In this document: positions 1 to 10,064 of the stretch, in pieces
Layout: every line of letters begins with the position of its first letter
How positions within the stretch are numbered: the stretch's first letter is position 1
NCBI RefSeq assembly: GCF_008033135.1
Contig: NZ_CP041335.1
Span: 499,513 to 531,512 of the forward strand
DNA: 32,000 bases
Direction of reading: 5' to 3'
Source of the DNA: Chitinolyticbacter meiyuanensis
Lineage (GTDB): Bacteria; Pseudomonadota; Gammaproteobacteria; Burkholderiales; Chitinibacteraceae
The notes under the pieces: generated by a model
Seen by the model: the letters and a program-made list of their open reading frames with translations, nothing else
Told to the model about the DNA's origin: nothing
Databases searched by the model: none
Position numbers and translations under genes: made by a program

Positions 1-228
1 GGTGGACAGGCGCGAGAACAACGTCTGGCATTGCTCCAGCAACACAAGCAGCTCTTGAGGGCCCACGGATATCGCTCCGAGACATGAGCGGCCCCGTTGT
101 CGCTCGGCGGCGTGTACCAGCAACTGGCAACGCGCCGCGATGTGATCATGCAGCCCGGCGCCCCTACGCCCAGCCGCCTGCCCAGGAAAGCCTCGCTGCG
201 TGCTTCCCAAGTTGAATCGCAGCGTCAT
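1..228 (-). CDS. hypothetical protein, 5' part only (ORF runs off the left window edge)
   Basis: Hand translation of the minus strand gives ATG at 228..226, an in-frame stop just upstream at 241..243, and an open frame to position 1 (MTLRFNLGSTQRGF...GPQELLVLLEQCQTLFSRLST). No recognisable motif; it may be a shadow ORF. Confidence 0.25.
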   Translation of the reverse strand, partial: MTLRFNLGSTQRGFPGQAAGRRGAGLHDHIAARCQLLVHAAERQRGRSCLGAISVGPQELLVLLEQCQTLFSRLST

Positions 229-492
229 TGGCGGTGCGAGTCACTGAGCAGCCTATGCCTTGACAGCGCTTTCCGTCGGCATTCCTCCAATTGGGGTGAC
301 GAGCGGGCTTGGGCTCCGTGGGATGGCTTGTGAGCGGGTGGCGGTGCGAGCAGCGTTGTTGATCTACCAGGCGGCAAGCTCATTCAAATCCGGCAATCGA
401 ATCGGTGTTTGGCCGACAGCGATGTCGGCCATGTATGGCGATGATGCATCCAGGCCACCGGCCAAGCCCGGCCGTGGCGCCCAGGATGTCGC

Positions 493-1578
493 ATGCCGAT
501 TGCCTCTGCCCGCCCTCCGCTGATCGTTGCCCGGCCCAAAGGGCTGTATTGCCCCGTGGGCGACTTTTACATCGACCCCTGGCGCCCGGTGCCGCGCGCG
601 GTGATCACGCATGCGCATTCCGATCATGCCGGCATCGGCAACGGCCACTACCTGGCGACCACGGCGGGCGAGCGGGTGCTGCGGCAACGGCTGGGCGATA
701 TCCCGTTGCAGACGCTCGATTATGGTGAGCCAGTCACGCACAACGGCGTGACGATCAGCCTGCATCCGGCCGGCCATGTGCTCGGTTCGGCGCAGGTGCG
801 CATCGAGGTCGGTGGCGAAGTCTGGGTGGCCTCGGGGGACTACAAGGTCGAGCCTGACCCGACCTGCGCGCCGTTCGAGCCGGTGCGCTGCGACACCTTC
901 ATCACCGAATCGACCTTTGGCCTGCCGGTGTACCGCTGGCAGCCTGCATCCGAGCTGTTTGCCGAGATCAACCACTGGTGGCGCACCAATGCGGCGGCCG
1001 GGCGCGTGTCGGTGCTGTTCTGCTATGCCTTCGGCAAGGCGCAACGGATATTGAGCGGGGTCGACGCCAGTATCGGGCCCTTGCTGGTGCATGGCGCAGT
1101 GGAGCCGTTGAATGCGGCATATCGCGACAGTGGCGTGATGCTGCCTGATACCCAGCGCGTGGCCGACATCGCGCTACGCGGTGCGGATAAATCCGCCTAT
1201 GCCGGCGCGCTGGTGCTGGCGCCGCCGTCGGCCAGCGGTTCGACCTGGATGCGGCGCTTTGGCGACTACGCCGATGCCTTTGCCAGCGGCTGGATGCTGT
1301 TGCGCGGCGCGCGGCGGCGGCGCGGCGTCGAACGCGGCTTTGTGATGTCCGACCACGCGGATTGGCCTGGCTTGTTGTGGGCCATTGGCGAGACCGGCGC
1401 ACAGCAGGTGTACGTGACGCATGGCCAGACCGGCGTGCTGACGCGCTGGCTGACCGAGCATGGCATCGATGCCCATACCTTCAGGACGCAATACGGCGAC
1501 GAGGACGAAGGCAGTCCTGTTCCTGAGGCCGCACCCGCCAACCAGCAAGTTGCGCCCCGCCACGAGGCCGGCACATGA
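493..1578 (+). CDS. ligase-associated DNA damage response exonuclease (metallo-beta-lactamase fold)
   Basis: 361-aa ORF with the MBL signature HAHSDH near the N-terminus. ATGA stop/start overlap with the ligase gene at 1575..1578. First gene of the conserved exonuclease-ligase-helicase-PdeM arrangement. Confidence 0.85.
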   Translation: MPIASARPPLIVARPKGLYCPVGDFYIDPWRPVPRAVITHAHSDHAGIGNGHYLATTAGERVLRQRLGDIPLQTLDYGEPVTHNGVTISLHPAGHVLGSAQVRIEVGGEVWVASGDYKVEPDPTCAPFEPVRCDTFITESTFGLPVYRWQPASELFAEINHWWRTNAAAGRVSVLFCYAFGKAQRILSGVDASIGPLLVHGAVEPLNAAYRDSGVMLPDTQRVADIALRGADKSAYAGALVLAPPSASGSTWMRRFGDYADAFASGWMLLRGARRRRGVERGFVMSDHADWPGLLWAIGETGAQQVYVTHGQTGVLTRWLTEHGIDAHTFRTQYGDEDEGSPVPEAAPANQQVAPRHEAGT

Positions 1579-3251
1579 AGCAATTTGCCGCGCTCTACGC
1601 CGAGCTCGATGCGCTGACGGCGACCAACGCCAGGCTTGCCGCGCTGATTGCCTACTTTCAGGCCGCACCGGCGGCCGATGCGGCATGGGCAGTGTATTTC
1701 CTGGCGGGCGGCAAGCCGCGGCAGATCGTGCCGGTGAAGGTGTTGCGGCTGGCCGCACGCAAGGCGGCCGCGCTGCCGGAATGGCTGTTCGATGAGTGCT
1801 ACGACGCGGTGGGCGATCTCGCCGAGACCATCTCGCTGGTGTTGCCTGAACCCCAGGGCGACACCGATACGCATCTGGCCGATTGGGTGGCGGGCACCTT
1901 GCTGCCGCTGCGTGGCGAACTGGCAGAGGCGCAGATCGCCGCGCTGCAGCGCATGTGGCGCAGCCAGAACCGCTGGGAGCGCTTCGTCGGCATCAAGCTC
2001 ATCACCGGCAGCCTGCGCATCGGCGTATCGCGACTGGCGGTGACCCGCGCGCTGGCGGCGGTGAGTGGCGTCGATGCCAAGCTCCTCGCGCAGCGGCTGG
2101 TGGGCTACACCGCGCAGGCGGCAATGAATGGCCGCGCATTGCCGGATGCCGACGCCTATCTCGCCTTGATCGCGCCGGGCGAGCTGGCGGCCGATGGCAC
2201 TGCGCAGCGCGGGGGCCAGCCCTACCCATTCTTTCTCGCCCACCCATGGCAGCAACCGGTTGAAGCGATGGCGCCGGCGCTCGGCGACCCGGCAGATTGG
2301 CAGGTGGAGTGGAAGTGGGATGGCATCCGTGCGCAATTGGTGAAGCGGGATGGCAACGTGTGGGTGTGGTCGCGCGGCGAGGAGCTTGTCACCGAGCGCT
2401 TCCCCGAGCTACAGGCGGCGGGCACGACGCTGCCGGACGGTACCGTGCTTGATGGCGAAATCCTGGTGTGGCAGCACGGCCGCGCTGCCCCTTTCGCGCT
2501 GCTGCAGCAGCGCATTGGCCGCAAGCACCTTAGCGGCAAGCTGCTGGCCGAAGCACCGGTGATCCTGCTGGCCTATGACCTGCTGGAATGGCAGGGCCGC
2601 GATCTGCGTGCCGAGCCGCAAAGCACACGCCGCGCCCTGCTGGAGCAGGTGGTCGCCGAACATCGTCCACCCGGGGTGCAGGTCTCGCCGGTGATTGATG
2701 CGGCCGATTGGGCCGAGCTCGCGACGATCCGCGCGTCGTCGCGCGAGCGCGGCGTGGAAGGGATGATGCTGAAGGCGCGCGGCGCGCAGTACGGTGTTGG
2801 CCGCACCAAGGATGTCGGCACTTGGTGGAAATGGAAGATCGATCCCTATTCGGTCGACGCGGTGTTGATCTACGCCCAGGCCGGCCATGGTCGCCGCGCC
2901 AGCCTCTACACCGACTACACCTTCGCGGTATGGGACCAGCCCGCCGACCAGCCAAACCGCGTGCTGGTGCCCTTCGCCAAGGCGTACTCGGGCCTCACTG
3001 ACGACGAGATCCGCCAGGTGGATGCCATCGTCCGCCGCACCACCGTGGAAAAATTCGGCCCGGTGCGCAGCGTGACGCCGACGCTGGTGTTCGAGCTGGG
3101 CTTCGAGGGCATTGCAGCCAGTGGTCGCCACAAGAGCGGCATTGCGGTGCGCTTTCCACGCATCCTGCGCTGGCGCCACGATAAACCGGTGGCCGAGGCC
3201 GATACGCTGGAGAGCCTGCGGGTGTTGCTGGCATCGGGGAGCGCGGCATGA
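1575..3251 (+). CDS. ATP-dependent DNA ligase (ligase-associated DNA damage response operon)
   Basis: 558-aa ORF with adenylation motif I KxDG in [11 protein letters not shown] and a C-terminal OB-like region ([17 protein letters not shown]). ATGA overlaps with both neighbouring genes. Confidence 0.9.
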   Translation: MKQFAALYAELDALTATNARLAALIAYFQAAPAADAAWAVYFLAGGKPRQIVPVKVLRLAARKAAALPEWLFDECYDAVGDLAETISLVLPEPQGDTDTHLADWVAGTLLPLRGELAEAQIAALQRMWRSQNRWERFVGIKLITGSLRIGVSRLAVTRALAAVSGVDAKLLAQRLVGYTAQAAMNGRALPDADAYLALIAPGELAADGTAQRGGQPYPFFLAHPWQQPVEAMAPALGDPADWQVEWKWDGIRAQLVKRDGNVWVWSRGEELVTERFPELQAAGTTLPDGTVLDGEILVWQHGRAAPFALLQQRIGRKHLSGKLLAEAPVILLAYDLLEWQGRDLRAEPQSTRRALLEQVVAEHRPPGVQVSPVIDAADWAELATIRASSRERGVEGMMLKARGAQYGVGRTKDVGTWWKWKIDPYSVDAVLIYAQAGHGRRASLYTDYTFAVWDQPADQPNRVLVPFAKAYSGLTDDEIRQVDAIVRRTTVEKFGPVRSVTPTLVFELGFEGIAASGRHKSGIAVRFPRILRWRHDKPVAEADTLESLRVLLASGSAA

Positions 3252-5812
3252 ATACCGAACTGCCGCAGTGCTTCGACCCAGCCGGCTGGCTGGCCGGTGC
3301 CGGGCTCACGCCGTTCCCGTTCCAGCAGGAGGTGTGGCAGGCGCTGGCGCAGGGTGAGTCTGGGCTGCTGCACGCCACTACCGGCTCCGGCAAGACCTAC
3401 GCGGTGTGGCTGGGCGCGCTGGCGCGCTTCGGCGCACAGCGGGCCAATACCGCACGCAAGCCGGCTGCGCCGCCGCTGACGGTACTGTGGCTGACGCCGA
3501 TGCGTGCGCTCGCGAGCGATACCGAAAAAGCGCTGCGCCGGCCGCTGGAGGAAGCTGGGCTGGACTGGACGCTGGGCGCACGCACGGGTGACACGGCGGC
3601 CAAGGTGCGTGCCGCGCAGCAGCGCCGCTGGCCCACCGCACTGATCACCACGCCAGAGAGCCTGACACTGCTGCTGGCGCGCAACGATGCCGCTGCCGTG
3701 CTCGGATCGGTGCGGCTGGTGGTGGTGGACGAGTGGCACGAGCTGCTCGGCAACAAGCGCGGCGTGCAGGTGCAGCTGGCACTGGCGCGGCTGCGCCGCT
3801 GGCAGCCGCCGCTGCAGGTGTGGGGGCTGTCCGCCACGCTGGGCAATGTGCCGCACGCGCAGGATGTGTTGCTGGCCGGCGCGCCCGGCCGCCTGGTGCG
3901 CGGGCGCATCGACAAACCTTTGCAGGTCGATACCCTGCTGCCGCTCACGCTGGAGCGCTTTCCCTGGGCCGGCCACCTTGGATTGCGCATGCTGCCGCAG
4001 GTGATCGCGGAAATCGACCGCGCAGCCACTTCACTGGTATTCCTCAATACCCGCTCGCAAACGGAGCGCTGGTACCAGGCCATCCTGGAGGCCAGGCCGG
4101 ATTGGGCGGGCTTGATCGCGCTGCATCACGGCTCGCTCGACCGCGAGGTGCGCGATTGGGTGGAGGCCGGGTTGAAGGAAGGCAGGCTCAAGGCCGTGGT
4201 GTGCACGTCCAGCCTCGACCTGGGCGTGGATTTCCATCCGGTGGAGCGCGTGCTGCAGATCGGCTCGCCGCGCGGCGTGGCACGGCTGCTGCAACGTGCC
4301 GGTCGCTCCGGTCATGCACCGGGCCGACCCTCACGCATCACGCTGGTGCCCACGCACAGCCTGGAGCTGGTGGAGTCGGCTGCCGCGCAGCGCGCCATCG
4401 CCGACGGCGTGATGGAAGGGCGAACCGCGCCCGATAAACCATTGGATGTGCTGGTACAGCACGTGGTCACCGTGGCGCTGGGCGGCGGCTTCGTGCCGAC
4501 GGAACTGCTGTCCGAGGTACGCACTGCCCCCAGCTACCGCAGCCTGAGCGATGCCGAATGGGCCTGGGTGCTCGGCTTCGTGCGCCAGGGCGGCGAGGCG
4601 CTGACCGCTTACCCGGAATACCACAAGGTAGCGCCCGACGATGCTGGCGTCTGGCGCGTGCCGGACCGGCAGGTTGCGCGCCGGCATCGCATGAGCATCG
4701 GCACCATCGTCAGCGACAGCAGTGTGTTGGTGCAGTATCTGGGCGGCGCACGGCTGGGCACGGTGGAAGAGGGCTTCATCGCGCGGCTCAAGCCGGGTGA
4801 TCGCTTCCTGTTCGGCGGCAGGATGCTGGAGCTGGTCCGCGTGCACGATATGACCGCCTATGTGCGCCGCGCCAGCGGCAGCCAGCCGGCGGTGCCGCGC
4901 TGGAACGGCGGGCGCCTGCCGCTGTCGTCCGAACTGGCCGACGCGATGCTGGCGCAGTTCGAGGCAGCAGCCGCGGGCCGATTCGACAGCCCGGAAATGC
5001 GCTGCGTGCGCCCATTGCTGGCGGTGCAGCTCGAATGGTCTGCTCTGCCGACGCGCGATACGCTGCTGGTGGAAACGCTGCAGTCGCGAGAAGGCACACA
5101 CCTCTTCCTCTACCCGTTCGCCGGCCGCTCGGTACACCTGGGGCTGGGCAGCTTGCTCGCATGGCGGCTGGCGCAGCAGCAGCCGATGACCTTTTCCATC
5201 GCCGTCAACGACTATGGGCTGGAGCTGCTGACGCCGACGCGTTTCGAGTTGGGCGGATTGATCGATGCCGCCTTGTTCACGCCTGATGATCTGGCGCACG
5301 ACGTGCTCGCCAGCCTGAATGCGGGTGAGTTGGCGCAACGGCGCTTTCGCGAGATTGCACGGATTTCCGGCCTGGTGTTCCAGGGTTTTCCCGGCGCGCC
5401 CAAGAGCGCACGACAGCTGCAGGCATCGTCCAGCCTGTTCTACCAGGTGTTCCGCCAGCACGATCCAGGCAACCTGCTGCTGGCCCAGGCCGAGCGCGAA
5501 GTGCTGCGGCAGGAGCTGGATCTGGCGCGGCTGGATGCCGCGTTGCAGCACATCGCCGGGCAACGCATCCACCAAGTGACGTTGGCGCGTGCGTCACCAT
5601 TTGCCTTTCCGCTACTGGTGGAGCGTTTTCGCGAAAAGCTGTCCAACGAGAAACTGGCTGACCGCATCGCCCGGCTGCTGGCCGGGCTGGAGCGTGCGGC
5701 TGGCGGCAGTGCCGGTGACCCACACGACAGCGTGCGCTTTACCGCGCCGCCACCGCCTGCGCCTCGGCGGCTGCGGCAGCGCAAGACCGGTCGACCGAGG
5801 AGCGAGTTGTGA
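3248..5812 (+). CDS. ligase-associated DNA damage response DEXH-box helicase (Lhr-like)
   Basis: 854-aa ORF with Walker A ATTGSGKT, a DExH box in VVVDEWHEL, and helicase motif VI-like QRAGRSGH. Position in the operon supports the call. Confidence 0.9.
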   Translation: MNTELPQCFDPAGWLAGAGLTPFPFQQEVWQALAQGESGLLHATTGSGKTYAVWLGALARFGAQRANTARKPAAPPLTVLWLTPMRALASDTEKALRRPLEEAGLDWTLGARTGDTAAKVRAAQQRRWPTALITTPESLTLLLARNDAAAVLGSVRLVVVDEWHELLGNKRGVQVQLALARLRRWQPPLQVWGLSATLGNVPHAQDVLLAGAPGRLVRGRIDKPLQVDTLLPLTLERFPWAGHLGLRMLPQVIAEIDRAATSLVFLNTRSQTERWYQAILEARPDWAGLIALHHGSLDREVRDWVEAGLKEGRLKAVVCTSSLDLGVDFHPVERVLQIGSPRGVARLLQRAGRSGHAPGRPSRITLVPTHSLELVESAAAQRAIADGVMEGRTAPDKPLDVLVQHVVTVALGGGFVPTELLSEVRTAPSYRSLSDAEWAWVLGFVRQGGEALTAYPEYHKVAPDDAGVWRVPDRQVARRHRMSIGTIVSDSSVLVQYLGGARLGTVEEGFIARLKPGDRFLFGGRMLELVRVHDMTAYVRRASGSQPAVPRWNGGRLPLSSELADAMLAQFEAAAAGRFDSPEMRCVRPLLAVQLEWSALPTRDTLLVETLQSREGTHLFLYPFAGRSVHLGLGSLLAWRLAQQQPMTFSIAVNDYGLELLTPTRFELGGLIDAALFTPDDLAHDVLASLNAGELAQRRFREIARISGLVFQGFPGAPKSARQLQASSSLFYQVFRQHDPGNLLLAQAEREVLRQELDLARLDAALQHIAGQRIHQVTLARASPFAFPLLVERFREKLSNEKLADRIARLLAGLERAAGGSAGDPHDSVRFTAPPPPAPRRLRQRKTGRPRSEL

Positions 5813-6501
5813 TGGGTGATGCCGGGCCACAGTCAACGCGCTACGGGCACGGCGTCGAGGTGGAGGTCGCGGGTGAAACGCTGTGCCTGCTACCGCAGCG
5901 CGCCGCCTACTGGCCGCGCCGGGCCACCTTGCTGGTTGCCGACGCACATTTCGGCAAGGCCGCTGCCTTTCGCGCGCTGGGCCAGCCAGTACCGCACGGC
6001 ACCACCGCCGACAATCTGGATCGGCTGGACCAGATGCTGCTATCCCATACGGTGCAGCGGCTGGTGTTCCTCGGTGATTTCCTGCATGCCCGGCATGGCC
6101 GCAGCGATGCGCTGCTCGCCAGCCTGCTTGCCTGGCGCCAGCGTCACGCTCTACTCGAATGCGTGCTGGTGCGCGGCAACCATGATCGCCACGCCGGTGA
6201 CCCGCCGGACGCGCTGGGTTTTCACGTAGTGGTGGAGCCGTGGCTGCTGCCGCCCTTTGCGCTGTGCCACGAACCGGGCCTGCTCGAACCCGGGCACTAC
6301 GCGCTGGCTGGCCACCTGCACCCGGCCGTGCAACTGGTCGGCCCCGCGTTTGAGCGCATTCGCCTGCCGTGCTTCAGCTTTGACGCACACAGTGGTCTGC
6401 TGCCTGCGTTTGGTGCCTTCACCGGTGCCGCGCTGATCGCTCCACAGCCAGGGCGGAGGTTGTTCGTGGTCGGGGATGATGCGGTGTGGCCGGTGTGTTG
6501 A
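5809..6501 (+). CDS. pdeM: ligase-associated DNA damage response endonuclease PdeM (metallophosphoesterase)
   Basis: 230-aa ORF with calcineurin-like motifs DAHFGK, GDFLH and GNHDRH. The start (GTG 5809 or ATG 5812) overlaps the helicase stop at 5810..5812. Confidence 0.85.
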   Translation: MMGDAGPQSTRYGHGVEVEVAGETLCLLPQRAAYWPRRATLLVADAHFGKAAAFRALGQPVPHGTTADNLDRLDQMLLSHTVQRLVFLGDFLHARHGRSDALLASLLAWRQRHALLECVLVRGNHDRHAGDPPDALGFHVVVEPWLLPPFALCHEPGLLEPGHYALAGHLHPAVQLVGPAFERIRLPCFSFDAHSGLLPAFGAFTGAALIAPQPGRRLFVVGDDAVWPVC

Positions 6502-6582
6502 CCGACATGCTGGCGGCAGGCCAGGCGGCCGTATTGGATAACTGTCTGGATGGCTGTATCGATATGGCGGAGTCGGGCGCGG

Positions 6583-7011
6583 CTAGGCTGTCCGGACAGT
6601 GGATCGTTGTCGATACAGCAGCGCGCTGGCAAGGATGAGCGCGCTCAGCAGCGGGGGCATGACGAAACCCAGAAAATAAACCCAAGAACGGAAAATGACC
6701 TCTGGCCGCCCGATAAGGGAAACGGGTACTGCCATGGCCAATATCGAAGCGATACAGATGGCCAGAACCGCTAGCGCCGGTCGCAGGCGAGCAGCGACGA
6801 GTATGTGGGTGGCACCTGCGGCCAGTGCGGAAGCGATGCCCACCGGATAAGAAAGCAGGAGTGCGAAGACGAACAACTCGAACGGATTCGACCAAGGGGA
6901 TTGAGGGGTAAAGATCGAAGCCAGTGTCACGACCAGCGCGCCAATCGGTGGGCCGATTAGGCAATAGATGGCGATCAATCTTTTCGAGGCGAGCTTGGAA
7001 ATTTCTGTCAC
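6583..7011 (-). CDS. hypothetical integral membrane protein (about 4 TM segments)
   Basis: 142-aa ORF made of consecutive hydrophobic helices in a lower-G+C stretch. No recognisable family. Confidence 0.45.
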   Translation of the reverse strand: MTEISKLASKRLIAIYCLIGPPIGALVVTLASIFTPQSPWSNPFELFVFALLLSYPVGIASALAAGATHILVAARLRPALAVLAICIASILAMAVPVSLIGRPEVIFRSWVYFLGFVMPPLLSALILASALLYRQRSTVRTA

Positions 7012-7075
7012 TCAACGGTGAATTGACGAGCCGCTTGCCGCAGGCAATCCAGCGAACGTCGTCTCGGCGGCGCGC

Positions 7076-7330
7076 TTATGAGTTCGCATCCTTCGGATGT
7101 GGTTCGTTGTTGCTGGCGCCCCGGAGATTCATCAGGAAGAGTCCCACCTGCAGGGCAATCAGTGCATACGCCTCGTCATGCCAGCCCCACGCTGCCCACA
7201 GGATGTTGCTCAGGATGAAACACCAAAATCCCCAGCGGCGTTTGACCTGGCCTGAGGAAGCGACCAGCCAGGCAGCGATCAACGTGGCAAGCATGGCCGG
7301 CCACTGCAAAGCACTCAAGAATGTCTCCAT
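7076..7330 (-). CDS. hypothetical small membrane protein (about 3 TM segments)
   Basis: 84-aa ORF (METFLSALQWPAMLATLIAAWLV...WGFWCFILSNILWAAWGW...), Trp-rich and hydrophobic. No family recognised. Confidence 0.4.
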   Translation of the reverse strand: METFLSALQWPAMLATLIAAWLVASSGQVKRRWGFWCFILSNILWAAWGWHDEAYALIALQVGLFLMNLRGASNNEPHPKDANS

Positions 7331-7846
7331 GGGGCAAGATTACCCCAGTGCCGCCGCCTAGTCGCTCCTCACCAGGCCGCATTTCAGAGCGCGGGCCAAG
7401 GCTTGAACGATACTGCGCCTGGCATGACCATTCGCCACAGCGGCGAACTGACGGTATCCGGCGTGGACAAGCGGATCGCTGACGAAGGATGAGAAATGGG
7501 GGCGCCAAGCTTCAGGGCAGTTGACCTTGGCGCTGCCGGTGCCCCCGTGGGCGGGCAAGGTGTCGGCACACAATCTGTGCCGTTAAGCATTTCCTGGCCG
7601 GAAATAGAGCATTCACTGGCCAAGTGGCGTCCTTGCACGCAAAGCCGCCGCAAACGAAGGCCGCTTTGATAGGGCCGCCAGCGTGAAGAAGACCGCAGAA
7701 AGCAAATCTTGGCCAATCGCTACAAAATAAAGCAATACATGGCCAAAAAACTCGCTGTATTTTCAAGTGAGATTTAAAACAATGTCCGAGAAGTGGCCTA
7801 TGCCTTGGAGCTCCTCGAACAACAAGGCTGCTCTATCGCATCTGGG

Positions 7847-8344
7847 CTAGCTGGCCCCAGATGAACTTGGCGGCTCCCGGCGCAGGTAAAGCTGGTCCGC
7901 CAACGCCTCGATCTCCCGAGACATGACCAACCGACTCCGCCAGTGGGCTGGAATGGCTTCAAATCCGTAGTAGGCACCTGCGAGCTGGCCGCAAATGGCT
8001 GCGGTCGTATCCGCATCATCGCCGAGATTGACGGCTTTCAAGATGGCCGTTTCGAAGTCATCGGTCGTCCAGAAGCACCACAGCGCCGCCTCCAAAGATT
8101 CCACCACATATCCGCTGCCATGAATCGCGCTTTCCGCTTTGCTACGTCATGCGCCCGCAGCCAGGGGTGCCGTCTTCGGCGCTATTGCCTGATAGCCATG
8201 CTGGAAGAGAAACGATTCCTTGTCCGCGCCTGTCAATGCAGCGCGCAGCTGCGTCGCAAACAAGCGCGTGCATTCGATGGCCTCTTCCGTGCCGTGGGTG
8301 GTTCGAGCGCTCTCGCCGGCATATTCAGTAACGAGCGCTCCCAC
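7847..8344 (-). pseudogene. ADP-ribosylglycohydrolase family gene, frameshifted and 5'-truncated
   Basis: Two consecutive minus-strand ORFs in different frames. 8147..8344 reads ...THGTEEAIECTRLFATQLRAAL.... 7847..8107 reads ...VVESLEAALWCFWTTDDFETAILKAVNLGDDADTTAAICGQLAGAYYGFEAIP.... Together they match the central and C-terminal conserved blocks of ARH/DraG-like proteins. The N-terminal third of the family is absent. Confidence 0.75.
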
Positions 8345-8370
8345 GAGACACCTTGTTAAACTGCCATTTC

Positions 8371-8401
8371 AAGAAAAAGCCCACTCCTTATTGGAGTGGG
8401 C
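8371..8401 (-). terminator. rho-independent terminator downstream of the crystallin-like gene
   Basis: Minus strand reads GCCCACTCC-AATAA-GGAGTGGGC followed by TTTTT. The stem is 9 bp and perfect, about 40 nt after the stop at 8441. Confidence 0.7.
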
Positions 8402-8440
8402 GGCCGTAGGGGCGGTTCGACACTCGGCGTAATGCGATAT

Positions 8441-9088
8441 TTAGAACAGGACGGGCCAAACAATAGGCCCACCGGTAGCATTGCAGCTGTATTGATTCAC
8501 TGCAGTGATTTTGTCATTCAGACCTAGATCGCTGATATTGCTGTACGAACCTGGGTAAAAGGTTCTCGTGGGAGCAGCTCGCCATGCGTTGTATTGCGCA
8601 GGGTCTTTAGGAGGGGCATCAATCCACACCTCCAGGCAGATGCGATCCGGCACCTTAATGGCTGTAGTGCGATCATTCATGAACCCACCGATGTTTGACA
8701 CGGCCACGTTCAAGGGCGGTGTATATGTTCGGCCACCTTCTGCGTTGAAGTCTTTGTGTTCATATAAAACTGCTTTTTGGCACGCTATTGAATCGTACAC
8801 GTCGATACTGGTAGTCCGGTCTTGCATAGGGTACGGCTTTAGGTCGGCCTGGCTTCCCAGAAAACTCGACGTCATGCCGCCAAAGTACTCATGCTCGTAA
8901 AGCGTGACACATTGATTGGACGCGACTGAAGAAATTTGGTCATTGATGTTGTCGTCCACACGTGCAACAGGCCCGTTCGCCACCAAAATGGCCTCTTGGT
9001 AGTCCTTGTGCTTATAGAAAACAGCTGCATTCGCCTGAATTGCGACCCCGGTCGCGAGTAGCAAGCAAATCATCTTTGCCTTATGCAT
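8441..9088 (-). CDS. secreted beta/gamma-crystallin-repeat protein (four Greek-key-like repeats)
   Basis: Start chosen at ATG 9088, where AGGA lies 8 nt upstream; an alternative ATG is at 9097. Signal peptide MHKAKMICLLLATGVAIQANA. Repeats show a Y-x-H-x-(Y/D)-F-x-G type signature (YEHEYFGG, YEHKDFNAEGG) and N/D-D-x-x-(S/T)-(S/A) motifs (NDQISS, QDRTTS, NDRTTA, NDKITA). Lower G+C than the flanks. Confidence 0.65.
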   Translation of the reverse strand: MHKAKMICLLLATGVAIQANAAVFYKHKDYQEAILVANGPVARVDDNINDQISSVASNQCVTLYEHEYFGGMTSSFLGSQADLKPYPMQDRTTSIDVYDSIACQKAVLYEHKDFNAEGGRTYTPPLNVAVSNIGGFMNDRTTAIKVPDRICLEVWIDAPPKDPAQYNAWRAAPTRTFYPGSYSNISDLGLNDKITAVNQYSCNATGGPIVWPVLF

Positions 9089-9569
9089 GACATCCATCCT
9101 TTCGAGATTATTTTGTGTTGTTTTGGCCTTCTTGGCCGCAAACATTCTAGGCAAGTAATTTGTTCGAAATAAATGTTCAAATATTCCAAAAAACTTGTTC
9201 CGTTCTTCGGGGGCATTACGGGCTATGGCGGGCACATTTACTTGTGCAGATATTTTCCACCTAGGTTGAATAGGTAAACAGGCCTGCCTTGATGGCAGAC
9301 AAGCACGCCGAAAGTAATAAGCGTGGAGGCGCAGCAGCTGCCCACCTATATAGGTGGGCTGATGCATCGTACGTAGAGCGGAATCGCGGCGGGGCATAGT
9401 TCGTGCTGCCAGCCGCACACTCGATCGGTGGTCGCGCGCTGAAGAACAAGGTGCTGCGGGGAATCGCTGCCGCAGTGTTCGTGGCCATCATCGCGTTTGA
9501 AAGCGGCTATTGCGCTTTCAATCGACGGGGAAGCCCAATACGGACAGTAGCTTTGTCTCGACCTAAGGG

Positions 9570-10064
9570 TTAGGGCGCACGTTCGGAACTCGGAGCGGCT
9601 TCATCGGGCTGGGCCCAAGCATTGACTCCCCAGGACTTGTCCAGCGACTCACGGCATGCTCGCGCCACGGCCAGCGATGCAAGCTGGAGTTCTTGCTCGG
9701 AAGCGCCGGCTGCGAGTGCATCCCCCATCCGTTTCATCGCTGCTTCGACTGTTCTGTTCTCCACCAATGCAAGTTCACCCCAGTAGAGCTCCCAGAAACG
9801 CGTACGTGCCTTCTTACCGGCCTCGGTTGTGCCAAGCGTGGCCACTTGCGATGCAACCTTCGTAGCCTCTGAATACAATGTCAGTTGTCGGTCCAGGAAC
9901 GGCTTCGTCGCCTCTATTCGACGCGTCTCGGCCAAGCGTTCGGCTTCGAGTCGTCGCACTTCTAGTTCCTGCATTGATTTATCTCGCCACTGATAGACCC
10001 CCCACAGGAAACTGCAGATTGCGCCCGCTACGGCGAGTATCTTTAGCCAGTTCTCAAGCGACAT
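9570..10064 (-). CDS. hypothetical protein with N-terminal membrane anchor and helical/coiled region
   Basis: 164-aa ORF with N-terminal TM segment LKILAVAGAICSFLWGVY followed by charged helical sequence. No family recognised. Confidence 0.5.
   Translation of the reverse strand: MSLENWLKILAVAGAICSFLWGVYQWRDKSMQELEVRRLEAERLAETRRIEATKPFLDRQLTLYSEATKVASQVATLGTTEAGKKARTRFWELYWGELALVENRTVEAAMKRMGDALAAGASEQELQLASLAVARACRESLDKSWGVNAWAQPDEAAPSSERAP

Noticed and set aside
364-5575. Multiple long minus-strand ORFs (364..1092, 1266..2336, 2409..3179, 2915..3976, 3397..4083, 4331..5575) across the ligase operon
   Set aside because: All are antisense to ORFs with intact catalytic motifs. Their Arg/Ala/Pro/Gly-rich translations have no motifs, so they are shadow ORFs.
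7340-7840. Overlapping minus-strand ORFs 7358..7573, 7384..7716 and 7512..7766
   Set aside because: They mutually overlap in different frames, have no RBS or recognisable motifs and have odd composition. The region is better described as non-coding or decayed.
9089-9418. N-terminal 110-codon extension of the crystallin-like ORF (track start 9418)
   Set aside because: The extension is Arg/Cys-rich with no features. A signal peptide preceded by an AGGA RBS begins at 9088, so the long form is unlikely.
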